Shown piece after piece: positions 7,202-17,700 of a stretch of DNA of 64,000 nucleotides. The stretch is taken from the NCBI GenBank assembly GCA_037128175.1, contig JBAXWY010000009.1:1-64000 (forward strand), read 5' to 3'. Made by a program: the position numbers and the translations under genes. The notes beneath the pieces were generated by a model. That model was not told the origin of the DNA. It saw nothing but the letters and a program-made list of their open reading frames with translations, and did not search any database. This stretch comes from Methanothrix sp. (lineage in GTDB: Archaea; Halobacteriota; Methanosarcinia; Methanotrichales; Methanotrichaceae). How positions within the stretch are numbered: position 1 is the stretch's first letter; each line of letters opens with the position of its first letter.

Positions 7202-9580
7202 ATGACAAAAATCATAGAATTACTCATCCAATCGATACACTCTGCAGCCAGGTACAACTCTGAAGCCCAGGTCGCCCCCGCCTGCATTCTCTGGCCGGAC
7301 TACAACCGCCAGTGGGAGGCAGTGATTCCCCGTTTGCAAGAGGAGATGCCGGAGCTGGTAATCCACGGCAACTACCGGCCTGAGAAGCGCACCGGTCCGG
7401 CCATCTGGCTTCGCTGCCTGCTGGCCCGCAAGATTGAGGATGTGAAACTCCCGGCCGGCAGGCCAGCTATCATCTATCTGCCCGGCCTCAGCCGCCAGGA
7501 CGTCAGAATGCTTGATAGCAGCCCGGATGACATCAAGCCGCTGGCCGAGCTGCAATACCGGGGAGCTTTCTGGTCTCAGATCAATGCCAACGACTGGACG
7601 GTATTCATGTTCCTCAAATCCGATCAGGGAGGCCTGGGCCTGGATGCGGCCAAAGATACTGAGACCAAGAACGCCATGCAGTTGGCCCTCTACCGCCTTC
7701 TCGATGAAAATATTGAACAGCTAAGGGGAAAACGGCTGGATAAAGACTTTTTTAACACCCTGCTCACGGGGGATTCCCAGCGAAACCTCCTGCAATGGCT
7801 CAACTCAGAGGACGCCTTTCGAGAAAGCCGGGGCGAGAATGAATGGCAAGCCTTTGTGGAGGTCTGCAAATCCCAGTTTGCCTTCCATCCTGCCGAAGAA
7901 GGCATCCTCGCCGGAGCGGCCAAGCTGGCCTCTCATGCCGCCGGGCCCTGGAAGTCGGTCTGGGAGCGGTTTTGCGAGGCCCCCCGTCTCTATCCCAATA
8001 TCCCACTCCAAATCCGCAAATGTAAACCGCCCGCGGATACCATCTACTGGCACAGCAGCGGAGACAGCTCTCTGGAAGGCTGGCCCCAGTGGAATGAAGA
8101 GCAGGAAGGCAAACTTCGCCAGGACCTTGTCCTTTTGGGCAGCCTTCCCTCCCATGTGGCCAGGAAAAAGATAGAGGAACTGGAAAAGCAGCATGCAACA
8201 AGACGAGCCCTCATCTGGGCACAGATCGGGGAAGCTCCGCTTGCCCAGGCTCTGGAGCACCTCTCCATTCTCGCCCGCCTCACCGGTAATTCTCTGGCCG
8301 CGGGAACGATTGACGACCTGATGGCCGGCTACGCCGCCTCTGGCTGGAGGGCGGACGATGCCCTCCTGCGCGCCCTTGCCTATGTGAAGAGACCGGAGGA
8401 TTTTGAAGCGGTGAAAATAGCCATCAGAAATACCTACCTCCCCTGGGCCGAGGAGTCGGCCAGACACCTGCAAAAAGCCGTAAGCGAGTCCGGCTATCCC
8501 GGCGGCAATTCATCCACCCAAAAATCCCCATCCTATACCGAAGGAGAGTGCCTGCTTTTTGTGGACGGCCTGCGCTTTGATGCGGCGAAACGGCTGGCAG
8601 AGCTGCTCGCCCAAAAAGGATACCGGATTGATGAGAGGATAACCTGGGCGGCATTGCCTACCGTCACAGCAACGGGCAAGCCCGCGGTTTCACCCGTTCG
8701 AGATAAGATAAAGGGCGTTGATGCCGACCTTAATTCCAATACCGATTTTGAGCCAGGCGTAGCAGCGTCCGGCCAATCGCTAAGGGGCGGCTATCATCTG
8801 AAAAGGCTTTTGAAGGAGGCCGGATGGGAAGTCCTTGATCGCTCATCGAACGGCACGGGAAAAGGCAACTCCTGGTGCGAGTTTGGCAACACCAATATAG
8901 ATTCCGAAGGACACAATCGAGGCTGGAAACTCGCCTTTCATCTGGAGAGCATTCTTGGCGAGATCCAGGATAAAGTGGTGCAGCTCTTGGCCGCCGGCTG
9001 GAAGAATGTTCGCATAGTAACCGACCACGGCTGGCTTCTTCTTCCCGGCGGCCTTCCCAAAACATATCTCCCCTCAGTGCTCACCGAGAATAAATGGGGC
9101 CGCTGTGCTGTGCTAAAGCCAGGGCCGGCAACTGAGGAACGGCTGTATCCCTGGTACTGGAATCCTGAGAGGCATTTCGCACTGGCTGACGGCATCAGTT
9201 GCTTTCGGGAAGGAACGGAATACGATCACGGCGGCCTGAGCCTTCAAGAATGCCTGACTATCGAGCTTAATGTCAGAGCAGGAGACGCTACGGAGAAAAC
9301 TGCTGGCGTCGAGATCACCGATGCAGTATGGAAGGGGCTGCGGTGTACCGTTGCCCTGGAGGGTAGCTTTCAGGGTCTGACGCTTGATGTCCGTTCCCAG
9401 CCGGGCAATGCGGCGTCAAGCAAAGTCGTGGGAACAAAGCTTATAAAAGACAACGGGACCGCCTCAGTGGTTGTCGAAAAAGAAGAGCTTGAGGGAACCG
9501 GCGCTGCCATAGTTCTCCTCGATGCAAAAGGCAAGTTAGTAGCTATGCAAGATACAGTAATTGGCAAAGGCAGTAAATAG
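7202..9580 (+). CDS. pglZ: BREX-1 alkaline phosphatase-like protein PglZ (type B-like)
   Basis: 792 aa. PACILWPD, RTGPAIWLRC, metal-binding LFVDGLRFD, LPTVTATGK, VTDHGW and YDHGGLSLQEC. Confidence 0.92.
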   Translation: MTKIIELLIQSIHSAARYNSEAQVAPACILWPDYNRQWEAVIPRLQEEMPELVIHGNYRPEKRTGPAIWLRCLLARKIEDVKLPAGRPAIIYLPGLSRQDVRMLDSSPDDIKPLAELQYRGAFWSQINANDWTVFMFLKSDQGGLGLDAAKDTETKNAMQLALYRLLDENIEQLRGKRLDKDFFNTLLTGDSQRNLLQWLNSEDAFRESRGENEWQAFVEVCKSQFAFHPAEEGILAGAAKLASHAAGPWKSVWERFCEAPRLYPNIPLQIRKCKPPADTIYWHSSGDSSLEGWPQWNEEQEGKLRQDLVLLGSLPSHVARKKIEELEKQHATRRALIWAQIGEAPLAQALEHLSILARLTGNSLAAGTIDDLMAGYAASGWRADDALLRALAYVKRPEDFEAVKIAIRNTYLPWAEESARHLQKAVSESGYPGGNSSTQKSPSYTEGECLLFVDGLRFDAAKRLAELLAQKGYRIDERITWAALPTVTATGKPAVSPVRDKIKGVDADLNSNTDFEPGVAASGQSLRGGYHLKRLLKEAGWEVLDRSSNGTGKGNSWCEFGNTNIDSEGHNRGWKLAFHLESILGEIQDKVVQLLAAGWKNVRIVTDHGWLLLPGGLPKTYLPSVLTENKWGRCAVLKPGPATEERLYPWYWNPERHFALADGISCFREGTEYDHGGLSLQECLTIELNVRAGDATEKTAGVEITDAVWKGLRCTVALEGSFQGLTLDVRSQPGNAASSKVVGTKLIKDNGTASVVVEKEELEGTGAAIVLLDAKGKLVAMQDTVIGKGSK

Positions 9581-9603
9581 ATGTATTCAATGGGAGTATT
9601 TCA

Positions 9604-11652
9604 ATGAATGAACTTGATCAACTGGATCAGCTTGCAGCCACCTCGCTGGATGGTTATCTCGTCCGCAAAGACCTGGTCAGAACCTTCAGCCGCCAATTTC
9701 CCGTACCTACTTACGTCGTTGAATTTCTCCTGGGGCGTTACTGCGCCAGCGTTGATGATGATGAAATAGAGGAGGGTCTGCAAGTCGTCGAACGCCAGTT
9801 GAAATCGCGTGCCGTCAAGGCTGGAGAAGAAGAATTATTCAAGGCTCGGGCCAGGGAAAACGGCGAGGTCAAGATCATTGATATCATCACCGCCCGCCTG
9901 GATGCCAAAACCGATTCATATTTAGCTACCCTGCCCAGCCTCCAGCTGGCAGATGTCAGGATTACCCCGGAACTGGTCAAAGAGCACGAGCGCATGCTGA
10001 CCGGCGGTTTTTACGCGGAAATTACCCTCAAGTATGATGCAGCCATTGCTCAGGAGAGCCGCGGGCGACCATTCGGGGTGGACAGCCTCCGAGAGATCCA
10101 GCTCTCAAAAAGGGACGTGCTGGATGTCCTGGTAAGAGCCAGAAAAAGTTTCACCACCGAGGAATGGAAGGCCTTTTTGCTGCGCAGCATCGGCATTGAG
10201 CCGGCATCTATGTCTGAGCGGGCTAAAAATGCGCTCTTGCTGCGCATGGTGCCGCTCGTGGAAAGGAACTACAATCTCGTGGAATTGGGGCCCCGTGGCA
10301 CAGGAAAGAGCCACCTTTTCCAGCAAATATCCCCCTATGCTCACCTGATCTCGGGCGGCAAAGCTACCGTTGCCAAGATGTTTGTCAATAATTCGACGGG
10401 TCAACGCGGCCTGGTTTGCCTGTACGATGTCGTTTGTTTCGATGAGGTCTCTGGAATCTCCTTTGATCAGAAAGACGGCATCAACATAATGAAAGGCTAC
10501 ATGGAATCAGGCGAATTCAGCCGCGGCAAGGAGAGCATCCGGGCGGACGGCAGCCTGGTGCTGGTCGGCAACTTTGAAGTTGATGTCGAACATCAGCAGC
10601 GCATCGGCCACCTCTTCGGCCCCATGCCCAAAGAGATGCGAGACGACACGGCTTTCATGGACCGCATTCATGCTTTTCTTCCCGGCTGGGATGTACCCAA
10701 GATCGGCAAGGAATATTTAACCGATCATTTCGGCCTGGTCAGCGATTTTCTATCCGAATGCTGGACCCAACTGCGCAATCAAAGCCGAGTCTCCTCACTT
10801 CAGAATAGGGTGTTCTTTGGCGGTGCTCTGAGTGGCCGGGATATCAATGCGGTGAACAAAACGGTCAGTGGTCTCTTAAAGCTCCTCTATCCAGGAAGCG
10901 AGTCAGCCGTCCCGGATGAAGACCTGGAATGGGCTTTACGTATTGCCATGGAAGCTCGAAGGAGAGTCAAAGAGCAGCAGAAGCGGATAGGTGCCGCAGA
11001 GTTTCGCAATACTCATTTCAGCTATGTCCTGGGAGCGGACGGCATCGAGAAGTTTGTCTCCACCCCGGAATTGCAGAGCGAAAACAGCATTGGAAGCGAT
11101 CCAATGGAGCCGGGACAGGTCTGGACCATCAGCCCGGGTGGAATGGAAGAGCATGCTGGATTGTATCGCATTGAAGTTAGCGAGGGTCCTGGGTCCGGAG
11201 TAAAAATACTCAACAAACCGGTGCCTCCCGCATTCCGGGAAAGCATGAGCTATGCCGAACAGAATCTTTATGCCAGATCTACCCAGTTAGTGGGTGACAA
11301 AGACCCGAGACATCATGAATTTACCATCCAGCTAAGGGCTTTTGATGCCTCGAAATCAGGAGCAAAGCTGGGCGTTGCGGGCCTGGTCGCACTATGCACT
11401 TCATTGCTCAAGAAGAGCATTCGTGGCGGCTTAATCATAGTCGGCGAAATCGCACTTGGAGGATCAATCGAACCCATCCATAACCCGGTAATGATCGCGG
11501 AAATCGCCGTGGAAAAAGGAGCGACCGCCCTGCTCATGCCCGTAACCTGCCGCCGCCAACTTGTTGATCTTTCTGACGATATGGCGACAAAAATTAATAT
11601 TCAATTCTACCTGGATGCCAGAGAAGCGCTGCTAAAGGCCATTGTTGAGTGA
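9604..11652 (+). CDS. brxL: BREX Lon-like AAA+ protein BrxL
   Basis: VPTYVVEFLLGRYC, Walker A ELGPRGTGKS, Walker B VCFDEV, KGYMESGEFSRG and a Lon-C-like tail without an evident Ser-Lys dyad. Confidence 0.93.
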   Translation: MNELDQLDQLAATSLDGYLVRKDLVRTFSRQFPVPTYVVEFLLGRYCASVDDDEIEEGLQVVERQLKSRAVKAGEEELFKARARENGEVKIIDIITARLDAKTDSYLATLPSLQLADVRITPELVKEHERMLTGGFYAEITLKYDAAIAQESRGRPFGVDSLREIQLSKRDVLDVLVRARKSFTTEEWKAFLLRSIGIEPASMSERAKNALLLRMVPLVERNYNLVELGPRGTGKSHLFQQISPYAHLISGGKATVAKMFVNNSTGQRGLVCLYDVVCFDEVSGISFDQKDGINIMKGYMESGEFSRGKESIRADGSLVLVGNFEVDVEHQQRIGHLFGPMPKEMRDDTAFMDRIHAFLPGWDVPKIGKEYLTDHFGLVSDFLSECWTQLRNQSRVSSLQNRVFFGGALSGRDINAVNKTVSGLLKLLYPGSESAVPDEDLEWALRIAMEARRRVKEQQKRIGAAEFRNTHFSYVLGADGIEKFVSTPELQSENSIGSDPMEPGQVWTISPGGMEEHAGLYRIEVSEGPGSGVKILNKPVPPAFRESMSYAEQNLYARSTQLVGDKDPRHHEFTIQLRAFDASKSGAKLGVAGLVALCTSLLKKSIRGGLIIVGEIALGGSIEPIHNPVMIAEIAVEKGATALLMPVTCRRQLVDLSDDMATKINIQFYLDAREALLKAIVE

Positions 11653-11679
11653 ATGATCGAGACAAGAGATAATTAACAT

Positions 11680-12732
11680 CTACGGTTTAGAGTTCATTAT
11701 CTCTTTCCAGGGTATTCCATTTATCAGAGCCATGATTGGCAAAATTGTAGCAGTAATAAAAGTACCAATGCTTCGGAGATCATAAATTCTTATCGATAGT
11801 AATTCAGCCCTTTGTTTTTGCATGATTTCAAGCATTGAGGTGATCGAATTGATCTCTTCGCCTTTGGAGATATAGTCTTTCTGCGATGCTAGAGCTTCGA
11901 CCCTCTGTATCTGTTCCATTATCCTCATATTTATCGGTTCCAATTCTTTCTCGATCTGGCTGCTTATCATGGCCTGAATTGCATCTAAACCGGCAAAAAA
12001 GAAGGCCGCTCCAATCATGAGCAATATAATAAAGAATATGGTTTCGTAAACTGAAAGACCAATTGGCGTATAATAGGTTGTAATTGCGAGAGATATACAA
12101 ATGAAATAATAGATCAATACCTTTAGAATAAAGCTCTTAAGGGATTTCAGTTTCAAATCTGAATTAAGTACATCCCTCGTTACAGAAGATCGCTCAAGCT
12201 TTTTTCCGGCCTCTCTCAGGGACCAAGCCATATTTAGAATGATCCAAAGAATTGTTGCTAAAAGAAAGAGAACAATAAATATAAGTATATCATTATAAAC
12301 ATCTAATAATCTGCCTAAATTACTTCCTCTTTCATCGCAAAAATATTGAGTACTCAGTCCGTTTATTAAAAAAATTGGTGCAATAATATATACAATTAAT
12401 AAATAGTATAAATATGACGTTCTAAATTTGTCTTCAAGAATTTTACAAAAGCTGAATTCCGAGGAAGCATAAAATAGATCAAGCAATCTGAAGTTCTTTT
12501 TCATATATACCATTAGGTAGAATACTCCAGCTATCTGATATGCAATTAGAGTGCTTACTGCTACTGATGAGAGTTGATGCATCTTATTCCATTCAAAGAA
12601 AACGACATATCTGCTAAAGAGCCAATATAATAAAAGTATCATCGTTCCAATTAACAACGAGATAACCGGAACTGGGACGGGAATTTTTCTAAGTGCACTT
12701 TCCATCCAAGTCCAACTACAGTCTTCGGCCAT
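11680..12732 (-). CDS. Multi-pass membrane protein of unknown function
   Basis: 350 aa with about 6-7 hydrophobic segments. AT-rich. GAGGTG RBS. Confidence 0.75.
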   Translation of the reverse strand: MAEDCSWTWMESALRKIPVPVPVISLLIGTMILLLYWLFSRYVVFFEWNKMHQLSSVAVSTLIAYQIAGVFYLMVYMKKNFRLLDLFYASSEFSFCKILEDKFRTSYLYYLLIVYIIAPIFLINGLSTQYFCDERGSNLGRLLDVYNDILIFIVLFLLATILWIILNMAWSLREAGKKLERSSVTRDVLNSDLKLKSLKSFILKVLIYYFICISLAITTYYTPIGLSVYETIFFIILLMIGAAFFFAGLDAIQAMISSQIEKELEPINMRIMEQIQRVEALASQKDYISKGEEINSITSMLEIMQKQRAELLSIRIYDLRSIGTFITATILPIMALINGIPWKEIMNSKP

Positions 12733-12750
12733 TGGAACACCTCGAACGTT

Positions 12751-14520
12751 TCAAATCTCCTTCTTGGTAAGCTCAATCATCACATTTTTTGATCCAGGAA
12801 TGCTGATGATTGAGGAATTGGTATAGTAGCCCTCCAGCTCTAATTTAAGGGAGTAATCTCCTCTCCTTAGGTAAACTGTAATAGGGTTATGGGTATCTCC
12901 TATGTATTCCTTATCAAGCCTTGCTTCAGCACCCTCTGGATCGGATTTGATTATTACCTCAATGCCGGATGAACTGGGCCCGGATATTGCAGTGGTCTGG
13001 GAACAGGGCGGCAGTTCTTCTTCATCCTTGATGTTGTTATGCAGAGAATTGTTAACGGTGTTGTTTCCGGATCTATCCAGAGAGAGACCCAGGAGATTGT
13101 TGGTGATGTTGTTGGCGGAGAGATCGTTGTTGATGCCGCATTTGAGTATCATTCCTTTTTTATTTTCAATTATCTCATTGCCAGATACTCTTGTCTTCCA
13201 GGCTTTTTCCAATTCCATTCCGATATTATTCCCATTGATTCTGTTCCTCGATATATTATTTCCTAGAGATTTAAAGAGGAAGATGCCTTTTCCCAAATTA
13301 TCGCTTAAATTGTTTCCTTTGATGAGGTTATTATCAGATTCTTTTATGATCATTCCTTGCATATTTTTGCTAAAGAGGTTGCCCCTGATATTATCTTCGC
13401 GAGAAAGCTCCAGGTTTAGACCGGCCTGATTATTCTCTTGAAGACTATTCCCGGAAATCAAATCATTGGTGGAATTTACCAGAGAGATTCCGAGGGTGTT
13501 ATTGAAAGCGGTATTGTTCAGGAGAGCATTCTTAACTGAGCTTTCCAGCTTGATGCCGCACTCGCTGCCCGTTATGCTGCAGTTTTTTATAGTGGATTGG
13601 CTGGTGTTCAATAGAAATATTCCATTGAGATTGCCATTCAAGTCCAGGTCCTTAAAGGTCATATTCCTGCAATTAATGCAGCAAACAACCCCTGCCGCAG
13701 AGGAAGCGTCCAGAACCAGGTTGTATAGACCCACCAGGTAATAGACAGACCTGGAGTTCACAAGGTTACTTATGTCGATGTCATTCCTGCCGCTGGCTGC
13801 AAAGTTGTAGTTATTGTTCTGCATTCGGTTGTCCCTTAGAATATTATCCAGGGAAGCATCAAGCTTAATTCCAATGCTGTCACTTGAAGAAACCTCATTT
13901 CCTTTCAGCTCATTGTTCTTTGAACCCATGAATAGGATTCCGAATCTATTCTCGCGAAGCGTATTGTTCAGGATGCTGTTATTGCAGGAGGCGTCAAGCT
14001 TTATTCCATACTTATTGTCGGCGAGCACATTGTTCTCGAGGACGTTCTGGCCTGAGCTGTTGATAAGAATTCCGTTTTCGCTGGCGTAAATTGTATTATT
14101 AGCTATGATGTTATTATCCGACTCTACCCTGATCCCTGCCCAGAGATCAAAATAACTCCCCTGAGAGTTATTGATTTCAAATCCTTCCAGGGTCACTCCA
14201 TCCGCTTCAATAATAAATCCGCTTTCGTTATAGTTCCCATTCACCATTGGCCTTCCTGAGCCAGTGTCAACGCCCCGCACGACCATGGGCTTATTCGCGA
14301 CGATGTTCTCAATATATACTCCACTTTGCACCTCTACTATATCGCCCGGCTGGGCATGATAGATTCCCAAACCGATGGTGCTGTAGTCGCAGCCATCCTG
14401 GCATACTGTGACCACTTCAGCATCCACTAACTCGAATGCTAATAATATAATTAATAAAGAAGAAAGAATCAGGGGTATTTTACCATAGGAATTATACAAC
14501 CAGGATTTCTGGGCGAACAT
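12751..14520 (-). CDS. Secreted right-handed beta-helix (NosD/CASH) protein with C-terminal PEGA domain
   Basis: Signal peptide, VCQDGCDYSTI..A..GD.V.V.SG.Y.E start, many 'GI.L..S.NN.I..N' repeats, and IKSDPEGAE..LD..YIG PEGA motif. Confidence 0.88.
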   Translation of the reverse strand: MFAQKSWLYNSYGKIPLILSSLLIILLAFELVDAEVVTVCQDGCDYSTIGLGIYHAQPGDIVEVQSGVYIENIVANKPMVVRGVDTGSGRPMVNGNYNESGFIIEADGVTLEGFEINNSQGSYFDLWAGIRVESDNNIIANNTIYASENGILINSSGQNVLENNVLADNKYGIKLDASCNNSILNNTLRENRFGILFMGSKNNELKGNEVSSSDSIGIKLDASLDNILRDNRMQNNNYNFAASGRNDIDISNLVNSRSVYYLVGLYNLVLDASSAAGVVCCINCRNMTFKDLDLNGNLNGIFLLNTSQSTIKNCSITGSECGIKLESSVKNALLNNTAFNNTLGISLVNSTNDLISGNSLQENNQAGLNLELSREDNIRGNLFSKNMQGMIIKESDNNLIKGNNLSDNLGKGIFLFKSLGNNISRNRINGNNIGMELEKAWKTRVSGNEIIENKKGMILKCGINNDLSANNITNNLLGLSLDRSGNNTVNNSLHNNIKDEEELPPCSQTTAISGPSSSGIEVIIKSDPEGAEARLDKEYIGDTHNPITVYLRRGDYSLKLELEGYYTNSSIISIPGSKNVMIELTKKEI

Positions 14521-14741
14521 GTTCCTAAATATTCATCGTCTCAAATAAGTATCTTTCGTTTTCAATTAGGCTCGAATTATATACTTCAATTTAAAAAGTA
14601 AGTGTGATATCTTGCTATGCCATGACGTTAGAGCTTATGTGCATCCCATAGCCTGGCAGATTTATCAGAGCTTGCTGTAACAAGCCTTGTAATTGAGACA
14701 TGCCCCTCCTGCTTTCTTTGAGCTACAATCCCGGCAAGGGC

Positions 14742-17700
14742 TCATAAACGCCCCGCCGGACAGTCTCCGCAGTATTGATCCCACCAATCCGCAGAGGTCA
14801 AGTTGAGTGTCAGACGGCGACATGCTTCGCAGACAAGGTCCTCAGTTTGAATGTACCAGGCTCTGGCTGTTCCATCAAGGCTTGCTGTGATCAGTTTTTC
14901 TCCATCAGGACTAAAGGTTACCAAGACAACATCATCGTCATGCCCCAGGCGTTGCATCTCCTGCCCGGTCTGCACATCCCAGATCCTGGCCTCCGTTCCC
15001 TCCGGACATCCTGTTCGACTTCCCGTCGCCAGCATGGTTCCATCCGGGCTGAAGGCCACAGCGTACCCATACGAACCGAGACTTATCTTAAGCAGATCTT
15101 CTCCGGTGGATACGTCCCAAATCCAGGCTAAATTGTCGTAACTTGCCGTGGCCAGCTTCCTTCCGTCCGGGCTGAAGGCCACAGAATTCACCCTGTAGCC
15201 GCCATTATTGAGGGGAAGACCATCTCCGTTAGATAAATCCCATATTTCGGCATTATTGCTTCCCGTGGCTAGCTTTTCCCCATCTGGGCTGAACGCTATA
15301 GAAAATACATAAAATGCATGCTCTAACGGATGCAACAGAAGTTCTCCGGTAGATGCATCCCAGATCCTGGCTGTATAATCCTCACTTGCAGTAGCGATCT
15401 TAGTCCCGTCAGGACTGAAAGCCACTTTGGTAACACTGGCGTTGTGCCCCGACAAATTAAGCAGAAGTTTTCCAGTAGATGCATTCCAGACTCTTGCATT
15501 ATGATCCTCACATGCCGTTGCGATCCTAGTCCCATCCGGGCTGAAGGCCACCGAGTAAACAGTTCCCTTGTGTCCCGGCAGATCAAATATGATGCTTCCG
15601 CTAGATGCATCCCAAACCGTGGCGTTCCCACCACGTGTTCCCATGGCCAGCTTTTTACCATCCGGACTGAAGGCGATTGAAATCACCCCGCTATCTTGCT
15701 TTGGAAGGTAGAACTGTGCCTTTCTGGCGGATAAATTCCAGACCATGGCGGTTTTATCCTCACTTCCTGCCGCCATCTTGGTTCCATCCGGACTGACGAC
15801 TAGAGCCTGCACATCATCCTCAAATTTCACGCAAGCCAGCTCTCTTGTAGCTACATCCCAGACCCTGGATGTACCATCAAAGCTTGCCGTAGCCAGCCTT
15901 TCTCCATCAGGACTGAAGGATATTGCCCATATCAGATCTTCATGTCCCATGCGAGCCTGCACATTTCCTGTAGATAAATCCCAGACCTTAGCTGTTTTGT
16001 CACGACTTGCTGTTGCCAGCTTCTTCCCATCCGGGCTGAATGCTACAGAATATACCACATTGGTGCAATGATCTAAGCTGAATAGCTCCTTTCCGGTAGA
16101 TCCATTCCAGATCCTGGCTTTGCCGTCCCTAGATCCTGTAACCAGCCAGGTTCCATTTGGATTGAAGTCTACGGAATGCACTTGATCTGGATGATTCACC
16201 CCTAGCAACAAGGCTCCAGTAGATGCATCCCAAACCTTAGCGGTACGATCCTCACTTCCCGTAGCCAGCCTTGTCCCGTCCTGGCTGAAGGCTACTGAGT
16301 ACACCATTCCGTGATGCATTAACGGATAAAGAAGTAGTCTCTCTCCAGAAGATGCATTCCAAACCATTGCAATACCATCCTTACTTCCCGTAGCCAGCCT
16401 TTTCCCATCAGGGCTAAAGTCTACTGACAACACTCCCCGATTATGCTCCAGTCTTTTTATCTCCTGGCCGGTCTGAATATCCCAAATACGGGCAGTACTG
16501 TCATCGCTTCCTGTAGCGAGCCATTTTCCGTCTGGGCTGAAGGCTACAGAGTATACGATACCATTATGCTTTAGCGGACTATTTAGCAGCTTTTTTCCAG
16601 AAAATGCGTCCCAGACCATTGCCGTTCCATCCGCGCATCCCGTAGCCAGCCTTTTCCCTTCTGGGCTGAAGGCCACTGACCAAACCCTATCGTTATGTCT
16701 TATCTCGGCAACTGGGCGAGGCAACAATGCCAGTCCGCGCCGAAGGGCCAGGTCTCCGTCAAAGGTCACATTATGGCTCAGCGACTCAACGGCGAGCTGA
16801 ACGCTCTCAATCAATCCGGCAGGACTGCTTAGAGCCCGCTCAGATTGAGCCGCTAGATCCTTAGCCATGGATGCTTCCCTCTCCGCTTCCGCCCGTGCCC
16901 AAGGCGAACCTACGGGAACGGCCATCGTTCCCTGAACCTGATCAAGGATGACTGCGCCCGGGCCAAGCTCGTCCCCGGTTGTCAGGTCGCCTGATATTCT
17001 GAACTCCAGCCTTCGAGCTTCGCTAACATTGAACTCATTGCTTTTATTGCAGCCGGAAGATAGGCAGCGCAGTTTGCTGTAGAGTGCACTGTAGCTTTCC
17101 CAGATCTCCTTCTTTGCTACATTCCATGATGCTCCAAATACGATGCCATCGTCGCAAATGAGCCTTAGCTGTATGGTGTTCTGGTTACCAGAGACAAAGC
17201 AGGAGAAATTGATGCCGTTTGCCTGCGCCAGGATCGCAGGATTTATCTCCCTGGAGATCCCCACGAATCCGCCCTCCTTTATATCATAGGCGATCTGGGT
17301 AGCATTTCCCTTCTTTCCGGGAATAGTGCTCAGGTTCAACGAAGAGCCCTTCTCATCCTTAACCAATTCCCAACCTGCTGTGCTCTCCATGCTGTCGATC
17401 AGGGGCACGATCTTGGGAGTTGTCCTGTGATCCGGCTCTCTTATGACCTTGCTAATGAATTTTTGGCTAAGATTTCCAAAATTAGGACCTCCAGGATAGG
17501 ATGCTTTCTTAGGATCATCTCCCCAGTCCAGGTTCAGCCAAACCTCATCTGCGGTCATGTTTATTCCCTGAAGATAGGTTTTGCTGTATTGCTCCTTTAG
17601 CCAGGAAAGTATCTGGTCCACTTCCGGGTCGCCGATCTGTCCCAGGTAGACCTCGGCATAGGCATGTCCAAGTTTTTTCTGAATATCGTAGGCAAAAGTG

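Noticed and set aside
11000-11652. Missing Lon catalytic dyad in BrxL as a novelty
   Set aside because: BrxL proteins are already known to have a Lon-like domain that need not be proteolytically active.
14775-16700. Recurring GGGCTGAAGGC / GATGCATCCCA motifs at about 125-bp spacing
   Set aside because: These are the codons of WD40 repeats on the minus strand, not a DNA repeat array.
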